Shown: positions 52,616-64,000 of the stretch, piece after piece
How positions within the stretch are numbered: position 1 is the first letter of the stretch
Layout: every line of letters starts with the position of its first letter
Source of the DNA: Phallusia mammillata
Taxonomy: Eukaryota
Direction: 5' to 3'
NCBI GenBank assembly: GCA_965637545.1
Contig: OZ281500.1
Coordinates: forward strand, 6,944,001 to 7,008,000
Length of the DNA: 64,000 nucleotides
Program-made: the position numbers and the translations under genes
The notes under the pieces: generated by a model
The model's database searches: none
What the model was told of the DNA's origin: nothing
Seen by the model: the letters and a program-made list of their open reading frames with translations, nothing else

Positions 52616-55600
52616 ATGGGAAGCGGTTGGTCAAACGCGAATAAAGCCGAAACTGGAGAAACATGCAAATCTTCGGACATCAAAAACAAAGGTGAGATAT
52701 TTTACAGTCCTGGAGCCCAATATAACAACCAGGCTATATTACGTTTTCCACAAGAAGCGAAAAGTGTTTTCATTGTTTGTAGGCCTATGCTGTAAAATGT
52801 TACGCTTTGATGGTTAACCAAGGCAAACAAAAATATAAATGACTGCACCTAAAAAAGAATTTTCAACTCCCAGATAACACGTAGTATGACAGGCCCTGCA
52901 ACTAAACTATTCTTTCGACATGGCAAAGTTTTGCGAACGATTTGTTTTGCAATTGTCACCCGCATTGTAGCCTATATCTGGTTACCGGTATATAGGAACA
53001 CGTTCTTAAACAACAATCGCATTTCGGCCTTAAACACACTTTATATCTCAGACTCTTTGGAAGTTAGAGAGCAACGCCGGGAAGGCCAAAACCCTTGCAA
53101 AAGTAAAAATGATTCCGCGGCATCAATGATTCCACTAACGTCACCAAGTTTAGCAAATCTCAAAGAGCTTTCGACATCGATCTGCAGTGAAAGTAATTTT
53201 GCTGATGATGAGGGTTTTGATGCTAACATAGCCCCTCGGCTTTGGATGACATCACCAGATCGTGTTTTAAGTAGTGGCGGTTATCCATCGTTTGTGACGT
53301 CTGCAACCTCGTTCACGTCGTTGGATCCAAATACGGTATAAGTTATTTGCACAAATTTGGCATATCTTTGAAAGTGGCATGTTGTTTAAGGTGGAACATC
53401 AACCAAAAAGACCAATGTCTCCACAAAATAGACAACAAACAACTAAACTAAGGTAAGTCTTCGTTCTGTACAATATTATTGACAATCATATGGAACTACA
53501 TAAACTTTTTTAGAGGAAGACCTCATTCAGCGAGACTCACAATTTTGCGGACTCTCATGGAATACAGCGATCGGCCAATGACTGCCCCAGATATTTTGCA
53601 ATCCCTTCCAAATGTTAACAACAGAAGTCGAGGAACTCCAATAAGTTTTGTTCAATCGACAATCCATTCGGAGTTGGAAGTAAATAGTACAGGAGAGATT
53701 CAGGGGTCTCAAACAGATTTTGGTACAGAAACAGTGGTATTAGGTGACATTGAAGTTCAATCTAGACCAGAATCCAAGGACACACCAGTAAAGAAAGTTA
53801 TCACTGAAATTACATCACATAAGGTACTTATATGGGTCTGTAATATTATCTTGCTATACGCAAAAATATCCACTGCGCACAAAATTACATATTTACAGAT
53901 CAAACTTTCACAAGTAATCGATGCAAAAAGTTCAAAACGGAAACAGTGTAAACGACAGAAGAGAATACGATGTGAAAAATTTGGACTTTTAAAGCCATTA
54001 AACTACCATCCGAAAGTAAAAAAGAAAACGCTTCGTACCCCAATGGTAATCAATACAAATGCGTTTTTTTAGATTTAACAATAACTACATTAACGTTGGC
54101 AGAGAAAAAGTTTGCTACCGTTACCTCCTCCGATGCCCATAAAATGTAAGTCACCTACTTTAGTACGCCGGAACACAGATGTCTGTAAACGTACAAAGGT
54201 TTTCAGTAATGAGGCCATAAGTCCAAAAATTTCAAGTCAACAATCAGGATACAATGCAAATGGAAACGCAAACTACAGTATGTAGAAACAAGTCTTACGT
54301 TTCCGTCTGTTTTTGATTATGACTATAGTTTAGCATTTTGTTGTTCAGTACGTTGGTTTTCTGGGCAAAGCAATCTACCACAGAGCCTTGCTGGAAGTCC
54401 ATACGCTTCATCTACATTTAACATGAAGCACCAATTGCGTCCTTTGCACCACGGTTACAAAGTGATGACGCAGCGCCAAGTTCATGATGTTGTTGACCGT
54501 TTGTATTCTGTGAAACCCGTTTATCGACAAAGTTCTTTAAAAAACACCTATCCTAGAAGGTAAATCATATATTTTGGGTCATGATCATAAAGTAAGAAAA
54601 TTTACCAATTCGGTTTTAACCCATAGTTTTCAAGATTATAACATTACAAAACTGAACAAAGGCTTGTCACATAGCCTGGACCAAGTAGTTGCTCGTTTGG
54701 AAAACGACAATTTCGAAGTTAAAATGTAAGTTTATCGTTAATTTGTTACCATGCTTGCATCACTCTTTGTATCAAAGCCGTTTGTCACAGGTGCTGCAGT
54801 TCAAAAGCTAGGAGGGATAGAAAATTGCGTCACGAAGTGAGTCGACTTCAAAAGGCTTTGACACATGCGAAAGAGGTAACAAATTTAACCAATTTGACAC
54901 AAATTAACTTGTATAGTGCATTGAAACCTAGACATTTTATGACGTAACAATGCATCTGATGGTCGCTATCATCACACCACGACACGCCTTGTGTAACTTG
55001 ACTAGAGTAACCTGTGGTTTTGGGTGCTGTAGTGTGCGTTTTAGTCAGGGCATTCTATTGTGGAGAGAATACAGTAAACATCTCGACAGTTCTTGGTGTG
55101 CCAAAAGACAGCGTACAACACAAATTAGCAACAGTTGAGATATCTGACCCGACTAGTTTGTGACGCAATTCATTACACTATAAACTAAGATGACCATGCA
55201 TTTACAACTGCGCCATAGCGTTCGTGCAGACTGCAGACCAACGATCACGTCACACTCATATATAAATCACAGTACTTCTGGCCTATAAATCAATGCCTTT
55301 AATATGTCTTGCGTATTAAACAAAAACCTGCTTTTGTAGGCAGCACATGAGATCTATGCCACATTGGAAGGGCCCACATATGGCGAAAATGAACATCCGT
55401 TGCCCATGGTTGATGAAATGATTACGGCTCTTCGGCAGTCGTTTTGTCCACGTAGTGTACAAGCAAAACTTCAAACCAAACATCGCACTAACCCTAACGT
55501 TTGCCAAACAAGAGAAAAAAATGCCAGTAGAAGTGTCACAGGAATGATTGTGGAACACTATCAGTGCGATGAAAGGTATTCAGTAATAACTAAAAACATC

Positions 55601-56158
55601 GATTCAGGTTGCTTATAAAACGCTTATTTAACGGTGGCATTTTAGATATTCGTACAGATCAAAAACGTTCACGAAATCGTTGCAATACAACACTAAAAAT
55701 CCCAAACAAATTTTGACATCGGATGCGTTCTACGACATGGTGGAACGGCTTTCACGGCCCAAACAAAGTGACCAACTTCTTTCTGTACAAACTCCTAAAG
55801 GTAGAAAAACTGTTGCTGCTTTTTTGGTTTCGTATGAAAATGGAAACTTTTTTATTTAACTCATGAAACTGTTAACAAAAATATAACATGTGAAGTCAAA
55901 ATAGTTTTTTTGCTACTTGCTACTTTAGATCAGATGAGAAGGGGCAGGGAATCTTTGCCTAAAGTGATTTCGAAGCACAACTGCTGTCCCGAAATACCCC
56001 AGATATCCGGTCCCACAATGACACTTAGCGATCAGTTTAAACAAGTCAATCGACTCACTAGAGGAGCTGCAGATAAAACACCTGACTGTAAACGAACTGG
56101 AGAAAAAAAGAGCAAGAAATACGGAATCGTATGTTCATTTACCTGGACTGGCTACTAA
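52616..56158 (+). CDS. Uncharacterised multi-exon protein (~12 exons) with N-terminal MGSGWS and VxRL repeats; possibly ciliary/sperm-associated
   Basis: Chain of GT-AG exons: 52616-52691, 53052-53335, 53391-53452, 53514-53823, ~53899-54044, ~54102-54277, 54349-54559, ~54627-54724, ~54791-54875, 55340-55574, ~55646-55800, 55929-56158. No recognisable globular domain. Confidence 0.7.
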
Positions 56159-58511
56159 GGACTTGCCTGCGAAAAACAAAACATTATTGAAATTTCATCA
56201 TATACTAAGTTCACGTTTCTCGTTGTGTACCGCAGAACATTGATATATCTGATCAAAAACAACGTGGTCATAGTAATACCGTTAAATACATAAACAATTG
56301 CATTATGTACAAAAGTGCCCACTGCTCTTGTTAACTGCATGGTTTGCTCGCTACAAAACACACTAAATTTGTCAACTTGAACAACGAAACAAAAGCAGCG
56401 TTCAAAACTTAAATTTCTTGATCGCTCATGCGGAAAGCAAATCCTTGTGCGGTAAAGCGCATCCTTTTGTGATGTAACAAACCCCACGGGAGCAATCCAT
56501 TTTAGGTTGTCCTGTAACCTCATGTGCATAGTGTTGATTAGTTGTACTGCTGTGCTAAGTAAAGTGATTTGTTTTGCAGATAATGTGTTTTGCCCCAGGT
56601 GCTTTATTGTGTGGTACAAAAGGCCAATCAATGATGATAGTTGAGAATAAATCACGTGTGTGAGGTAAAGGTTTAAAAAACGTAAATCAAAGAAAAGCAT
56701 ATCTATGCAAAAAATGTGTTAGAGTAAAAGTAAGCATTATTTAGGTATCAGGTTTAAACACGAATATTTTTGTTGAAACAGTACAAACAGCCTAGCACTT
56801 TTCAGGGTGGTTGGTAATTGCGAAAAAGATTCAACTCGCAGAAAATGCTACGTTTTTACTGCGCATTCTGAAGCCTAACTAATAAGATGATATGTTTCCA
56901 CCACTTTCGTGAGCAATTGACCAGAACGCAAAGTCAGTTTTTTGGTGGAAGGGTATAAATCACGGCGAAGAAGACTTAATCGAGCGTGACAACTCCCTTT
57001 TGCGCAACGCAGTCCAGCAATTTGGGTCGAATCGTCTTCCTATCGAGCGAAAGGTTTTTGCATGGGGCCTGTAATTGAATCGTTAGTCATTGGCAAACAA
57101 GGTGACGCGCCATCAGCAAATATTGAAGCGCATTAGTTGGATCGCCGCGGTTTTGCCGAGGCCACAGGAATAAGAAAAAGGGCTTCCCGTGGAGTACCAA
57201 GCATTTCAACCCTCCTGTAAGCCTGAATTTGCTTGAAGGCAAAAGGAAAATGGGAGGAAGAAAGTGTATTAGTGTATACGTTTGTCGTATATATGTTTTG
57301 CTTTAAGTTCAGGTTCAGGAGAAATATTTGATTACTCGCATTTTTTGTGGCGCTTAGACCTAACCAATTTTTTAAAGGTAGCTTTTTTCAGCGTTTGCAC
57401 CTAAGGGGCTTCTGCTATACTATTTTGACCTCGTTGTATTGGTCTGCGGGTTCAAACTGTAGGCATGAAAATGGGTATTTATAATACGCAATTCGACGAC
57501 CAGTCCGAATACAGACGATTGTTTTGAAAAGAAATCCAAAAACAACCGAAGCCTCACGGCAGCCGCACGCAACTTTTAGTAAAAAGCATAACAAACCCGA
57601 ATTTTATGAAACATCCCCTGACGAAGCGGGCCAGGAAAAGCAAATGCTTTGTTTGCTGTGGAGGCGTGGAAAGATTGATACTTGGCCAAAATACTTGGTG
57701 CTTTAATGTGGTGGGTTTTTATGGGTCCGACATAGTTTTCAGTTTCCACATTAGGCAACTTATGTTTTTTGGTGTTACACTTGTAACACTTTAATTTTTT
57801 GTACGGTAAAACTCAAAATCGATTCTACACGTTTACACGGCATATTTCCACTATTGACTAACGTGTTTGTGGCTTCAACAACAGTTCTCTCGTTCGTCGA
57901 GGGATTTAAACAAATACCGGAGCGCCTATGTTAATGTTTAATCACGTTTATTGCTTTGTGAAGCTGGTCCTGTAGCAGAACATCGTGTCCCACTTGTGTT
58001 ATTACGTCTTTTGGTTCCGTTTGAGATTGTGTGATTGATACTACCTGCAAAACAGCTCATGTATAATTCATGAAGTGTGCCCAACTAACTGCTTGTCGTA
58101 GCTCTAATCCTATTTCTGTTCCGTAGCCTAATTACGGCAGATCTTAGTTTTGTTAAATGTTCACCAGATTTTTGTGATGTACATGGATGCTTTGGTATAT
58201 ATGTCAGAGGGACAACAAAATTATTTAGGTTTATGCGTCGCAGTGATTTACGAAATCCTAATGCAGACATTCTTATATTTCCAAGTCAGGGAACAAACAT
58301 AATACCCAAGCTTTGAGCTGGCTTTTGTGTTGTAGTTGTAGTCTCCACGGGAGTGTACAATTTACTTTGCTGTGGCCAGTGGACGAAGGCAGACTGATTA
58401 GGAGTGCTTCTGAGATGATTAACCGTCTTTCTTGGGCCGCAAATCCCCGTCAAGGGACGTAAATACAGCCCTCCACACAAGCAAGCCTTTGGGAATAGGA
58501 CTTTGGTGGTC

Positions 58512-61500
58512 ATGCAGTCGTTTGGTACTACGGTGTTTCTGCTGCTGGCTGTTACTGGATCCCATGGTGGTCGTTTTCTGTCAGACAAACATTATCGCCT
58601 GGACTGTAATGGAAGTCCCCCGCAGCGTTACTTTTCGACTCCTCGCAGCGGGGACAACGGGTTCCACTTACGGATAGAGGGTGCCCCCGAGTTCTATGAG
58701 CCTGAGAGGGAATATGTCGGTAAGATTTGTTCAATCTTGATTTAGCCATACTTGTTTACCGCCATAATCACCGTTTCAAATTTACGCAGTGACCTTACAA
58801 AGCACACTGCCAAGCAGTTTTCGTGGGTTTGCTATTAGATCAACAAGCAGTGAAGATTCGTCCCTATCCGCAGGATATTTTACGGTAAAATGGAATAGTA
58901 CTTCGATAAGGTTTGTTTTTGCAGAAGTATCATGAATGTTAACATACATTTTTTCAGCCCGTGAACCCTTTTACAACCCGTACACTCGATTCGTGTAATC
59001 ATGTAACCACACACGTCAGCAATGGCAAAAAGACGCGGGTTTCGACCAGGTGGCGGGCTCCATCTAGTGGATATGGCTGCGTTACGATTTCAGCTACTGT
59101 GATTCAAAAAGGTAAAGTGAATAGTCTGTAAAAACATGTTAATCACTGAAAAACCGCTTTATGTATTCACAAACCACCAGCGTCAAACACAGTTTTTTGG
59201 ATGACCTAAAATTCCATTTTAGGCTCAATTTGGTTTCAAAATACCGGCCGTTTATCATTGGAAATATGTGAGGCAGTGAAGACAACGTCACCGACCAGCG
59301 GTAACCCGGAATGCTGTGCATGTGGTAGCGCTACTTATCGAATGACGTTTTATGGTCTGTGGTCGCCTCAAACGCACCCGAAAGACTATCCTGGTAAGCG
59401 TTAAGCTTTAAAGAAGGTGCATTTTTTAACGTTTGTATTGTAACTATACAATGTTACAAATGTTAATTTCCCAGAGTTAAAAAAGATATACTTTATACTG
59501 TTTATATAACACATATGAACGTTGGGTTCAATTTACCTTTCATATCATTTTTGTTTTTCTGCCTCATTTGACTTGGCTTGACTTGGCTAAATTTACAAAT
59601 ATGTTCTAAATCCACACGGCCTTAAACAGATTGTATTTGAATTCTTTTCTAGAATATTCTACACATTGGTCCAACGTTGTTGGGGCATCGCACAGCTTAC
59701 GCTATTCAATATGGGATTACGGGGAGCTGGCCAGTCCTGCCGTACAGAAAGTCGCGGAATGGGGTTGGCCAAATGACGTCGAAACGGAAGTGAGGTCACA
59801 GGGTGATGATGTAATGTCGGTAATAAAAACCAAAGCCCAGTGGCCGGCATACGAACCCAGAAACATGTACGTCGATATTTCTTGTCTAATCGTAAGCAAA
59901 TCACTAACGGTAACGTACATTGACATTATCTATTCATGTGGTCAGACGTTCTCCACCATCAGACACGTTTACAGTTGATCGTAAGCATCCATTGGTATCC
60001 CTTCTCACCATGTTAGGCCCGAGTCCCGACTGGAACGTTGGCATCACTAAAGAATCAATGTGCACTGTGGAGTGTGGGTGGGCAGGCCAAAGAACGTAAG
60101 TCTTACTACAACCAATTTCTCAACCCACTATCAAATATAAACTGGCAAACAAAGACAAAGGAGCCATGGCTTTAAGACATTCACGACGAGCTTATGATAC
60201 CAAATCAGTCACTCGGCTTCATAATGGAACAAAATACACGCTGCAATGTTTCTTTAGATATAATTTAACGCCATGGGATGCTGGAACTGACAATGGTGTC
60301 AGCTATATGTCACCCAACTCCCCAACTGTCCCACACGAAAGCATTCGTCCCCTCACCACCTCTGACCACCCCGAGTCGCCATTCTACAATCCGAATGGTG
60401 GTCCCATTCGACCCGTTGCAAAAGTTGTAATTAACAGAATTTCCCTAGAGGTGAGAATAAAACAATATGCTTGTGAAACTTTTTACTCCATAGAACATTT
60501 CTGTAAAGTTGATTTTGTTTTCCTTCAGGGTGAATCTTGCGGACAAAACGAAGAAGCTCCGATTGACAGTGATTTTGATGTCAAAGTTGCGTCGAGTTCC
60601 GAATCTAACGATGTCCAACCGTGCATGTACAGCCCATGGGGTGACTGGTCAAACTGTGGGGTTACATGTGGCTGGGGAATAAAAGTACGTTTTACTACAG
60701 TTTACCACTTCTTCTGTACATATAAACGCAAACCACCAATTTATCTAAAAATAGACTCGAAGCAGAATGGTGAAGGCACAAACTGGTGCAACTGCGTGCG
60801 AGGCTACTATGGCCAAGGAGATATGCAAAGGCAGCGGTACATGTGAAAACAGCAACGAAGTAACCGTATGCATATATTCAGGTATTTTTCAATGGGGCTA
60901 GAACTTTTTTATGGCAACTGGATGTTTTAATATATGTAATCGTTTTGTAGACTGGGCCACTTGGTCGAGCTGTGGAGTCACGTGTGGTAACGCTACGCAA
61001 TTCAGGTCACGTGTTTTGCAGTGGCCATCCGAAGAAAGATATTGTCACGAACCACTAAAAGGTAATAACACATTATCTACACCAACTACCAGTTTTAATG
61101 GTTTTGCTGGAACAACATTAAGAATCTTTGTCTGCGAGATTGGTTTACATAAAACTACAGTTTGATGTAATTACAGAAATGACATCGTGTGCACTTGAAC
61201 AATGTCCAACTCAACAAGACTGCCAGTATTCTCCATGGAGTAGGTGGATGCCTTGTTCAGTTACTTGTGGTTTCGGCCAAACGCTGCGCAAAAGGTGAGA
61301 CTCGTAAATATCAGGCCCCATTTTACAGTGGGCACCCATCTTTACCTATGTACTTCTCTTTTTTAATCTTTACCTATTTACTTCTTTTTTCACAACGCAA
61401 AATCGTTTCAAATATTCCTCGAATGTAAACACACGATTTACGTTGCAACTGCCTGATTTTCTTAAAGTTTTGGTTAACCCGGTGACCTAAAGTAAATAAT

Positions 61501-63519
61501 ATCGTCCCACATTTTGACGAATGGTACAAGGCAAAGTTTCGATTTTTAGCTGTGCAAACTGTTTGTACCTTACCTTGCTGTTATTCCCTTGTCACTGTTA
61601 ATGGTAACCAGATTGAACTTCATTTTGAACGTGTTGTTTTTAAGGTTTATCGTTTCCCATGTTGGTGACGAAAGCCACTGCACCAAACCACTCATGCAAA
61701 ACAGCGAGTGCCTCAGGTCGATGACGTGCGAAGAGAGATCAGGTGAGGTGACGCTTTCATTTCTGTAATAAGAGTGAAGGTGGACTTTGTATGTTTTAAA
61801 TGGGGAAGTTATACTCGTTTCTTGGTTTCTCTCAGCAGAACCTGATTCGTCTGACTGTACATATTCCCCTTGGACTGATTGGTCTGCTTGCCCAGTCACG
61901 TGCGGCGTCGGTCAAGCGTCAAGAAAGCGAATGCTCGTCAGCTCAAGTAATACAACTACATCATGCCGAGACTTTGAAATGGAGAACTCAAAATGCATGA
62001 CGTCGGCTTCATGCTTGGACGAAGATGAGCAATTGAGCGCACCGACATGCTCTTACTCTGATTGGTCGGAATGGATGCCTTGTACGGTGTCGTGTGGTAC
62101 TGGCGCCACCTTACGGAAGAAGTTTTTGCTTGGTAAATCTGATTGAGAAAAAAAGTTTGTGCTGTGTGACTAAGCTTTAGAAATTGACAGGTTCCAATGC
62201 TAATGGAATATGTGATGGTATTTTAATGGAGCAAACTTTGTGTTACAAAGCGCCGTGCGATGTTTCCACCACAAGTGAATGTGTCTACGCGTCTTGGTCG
62301 CCGTGGATGCCATGTTCTGTTACCTGTGGCAAAGGTACTTTTTTGTAAAGGTTGATTTTGACTTGTCATACATATGTTGTACATTCAACGATTTTTAGGC
62401 GAAACTTTAAGAAAGCGATTCTTGAATGGAGATGCCAACCCCGAGAGTTGCGAAGCTTTTCAGATGGAAACAAATATTTGCATGATGACCTGTGCAGTAG
62501 ACACGCCATCGCCTTGCGAGTACGCTGATTGGTCACCTTGGATGCCGTGCAACGCACCATGTGGCCAATCAGGAGAAACTCTTCGAAAAAAGTAAGTAAC
62601 ATAAATTCTGCATTAAAATAAAACAGTTCTTACGTAACTCCATTTTGTTGCAGGATGCTGACGTCAGCCTCGACTGAATGTGATGCGGTTGTTATGGAAA
62701 CTAAATCTTGTGTGTCTCCGCCCTGTCCTGAAGGTTAGCCTGTAAAAGTAAACTTTATGCAAAATGTGTCAACGTTATTATCTGAATTCTAGACGCCCTA
62801 AATTTAAACATTGTATCAAAGTTCTGTAGGAAACTGTAAACCAGGAACACTGAAGATAAATTGGTAGCATTGATGCATAAAACTTATGTCCTGCTTTTTC
62901 ACATTCGCATCGTTTAATTTGTTTTTAGCGCAATGCGTGCTACAAGCATGGCAGCCGTGGAGTAGATGTTCGACCACTTGCGGCAGCAGAGGCACCAAAA
63001 CCCGGTTACGATTTCCTGCCAATGGAACCGCGATGGTTAATTGCGATGCAACAAAATTATCGGAAAAAGCAAGATGCCGCAATCCACGTTGTGGTAAGTT
63101 TTTTATTCAAAACAAAATCCTTCGTGTGCCGCGTAAGACTCCAAATTGACGGCTTTAAACTTTGTCAATCCTGTTTATTGCGCAACTGGTATTTTTTTTC
63201 ACGGGGTTCGAACCCAGGGCGCTCCCGGGGACGAATCCCGATCAGGTTTTTTATGTCTGTATGTGGGCCAGGCGCGTCGGAACATTCGGCCAAGATCCTG
63301 TCCCACTGGTATTTAATAAACCAATGCTTTACAGGGCGAGCTTGTGTGTTAAGTGAATGGGGGTCATGGACGGTATGTGGCGTTACGTGCAAAGCAGGAA
63401 AACTTTACGGATACCAGATTCGGCGCCGAAGAGTTTTGACCCGACCCCGCGGAAGAGGCCGAAGATGCGGTCCTAGAAAGGAGAAGAAGAAATGCTTGTG
63501 TCCCACTATTGCCACATGA
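58512..63519 (+). CDS. SPON1: F-spondin / spondin-1 homolog: signal peptide, reeler domain, spondin-N domain, nine TSP1 repeats
   Basis: Reeler GDNGFHLRIEGAPEFYEP..WRAPSSGYGCVTISATV; CCACGSATYRMTFYGLWSPQTHPKDYP; HWSNVVGASHS..IWDYGELAS; LTMLGPSPDWNVG; PWDAGTDNGVSYMSPNSPTVP; repeated WxxWxxCxVTCG..R motifs up to the stop at 63519. Confidence 0.95.
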
Positions 63520-64000
63520 ACGGGACTTATGCCATTAAACTGATGCTTGTAAAATAGAGAAAGCGTGCCGGGTTGGATAGAGATGCGTGAAAACACAAGT
63601 ACTTGTGTTTCCTTTTATATGAGGCCCGATTTTTGTATGCTTCGTTTCTTGGACGACGACTGTCGCTTTTTCAATAAAATTGCATTTCAAAAAATGTCTG
63701 CTAGAGTGATCAGTTTAATCCGAGCTTAAGTTACGGAAAGTGGTTGCATACAACGAAAATACGCTTGGTTTGTGCTATTTCAGTCACCTTTCTATTTTGT
63801 TCTAAAACATTGGTTTTGGCTCTTTGTTCGCGTCCAAAGAGGAACCAATCATCAATTTACAGCGACAGGCAAAAAGAACAGTTCCTGTTTTGCATATGTC
63901 GTTGCACAATTCGGTGTTTAAACTTAAGTAAATAAAAATGGTCAGCACGTACGCTGTTATAAACGTAACAAGTAGTTGCAGTATGTATTTTAAAACAAAC

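Noticed and set aside
63200-63245. GGTTCGAACCC B-box-like motif / possible micro-exon in the last SPON1 intron
   Set aside because: No A box or tRNA fold and no canonical acceptor; the flanking exons already join in phase.

Overview
Eukaryotic genomic DNA, AT-rich with many 40-80 nt GT-AG introns. Gene content and compactness suggest an invertebrate chordate, most likely an ascidian (inference; no taxonomic marker seen). Genes reconstructed by manual splicing, left to right: (1) about 13.8 kb with no recognisable CDS; (2) a two-exon Cip/Kip CDK inhibitor (-); (3) an LRR/mucin-stalk/TM receptor (-) present twice, in a ~4.7 kb near-identical duplication split by a 200-N gap and probably two haplotypes; (4) a disordered protein with a C-terminal PP1-docking motif (-); (5) NCBP2 (-), head-to-head with (6) a RhoA/B/C-family GTPase (+); (7) diacylglycerol lipase alpha (-), head-to-head with (8) an uncharacterised, possibly myristoylated repeat protein (+); (9) an F-spondin with nine TSP1 repeats (+). 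Repeats include MITEs with TIRs/TSDs, a 139-bp foldback, SINE remnants and a Penelope-type hammerhead-like remnant. No prokaryotic system, CRISPR array or rRNA is evident. The most notable signals are protein-level: a CKI combining a PIP degron, an Fbw7-type degron and a divergent inhibitory domain; a GPIb-alpha/VLR-like receptor with an intramembrane Asp; a DAGLA tail lacking the Homer-binding Phe; and a RhoB-like Rho ending in CCaX. All calls are from reading the sequence; no searches were run.
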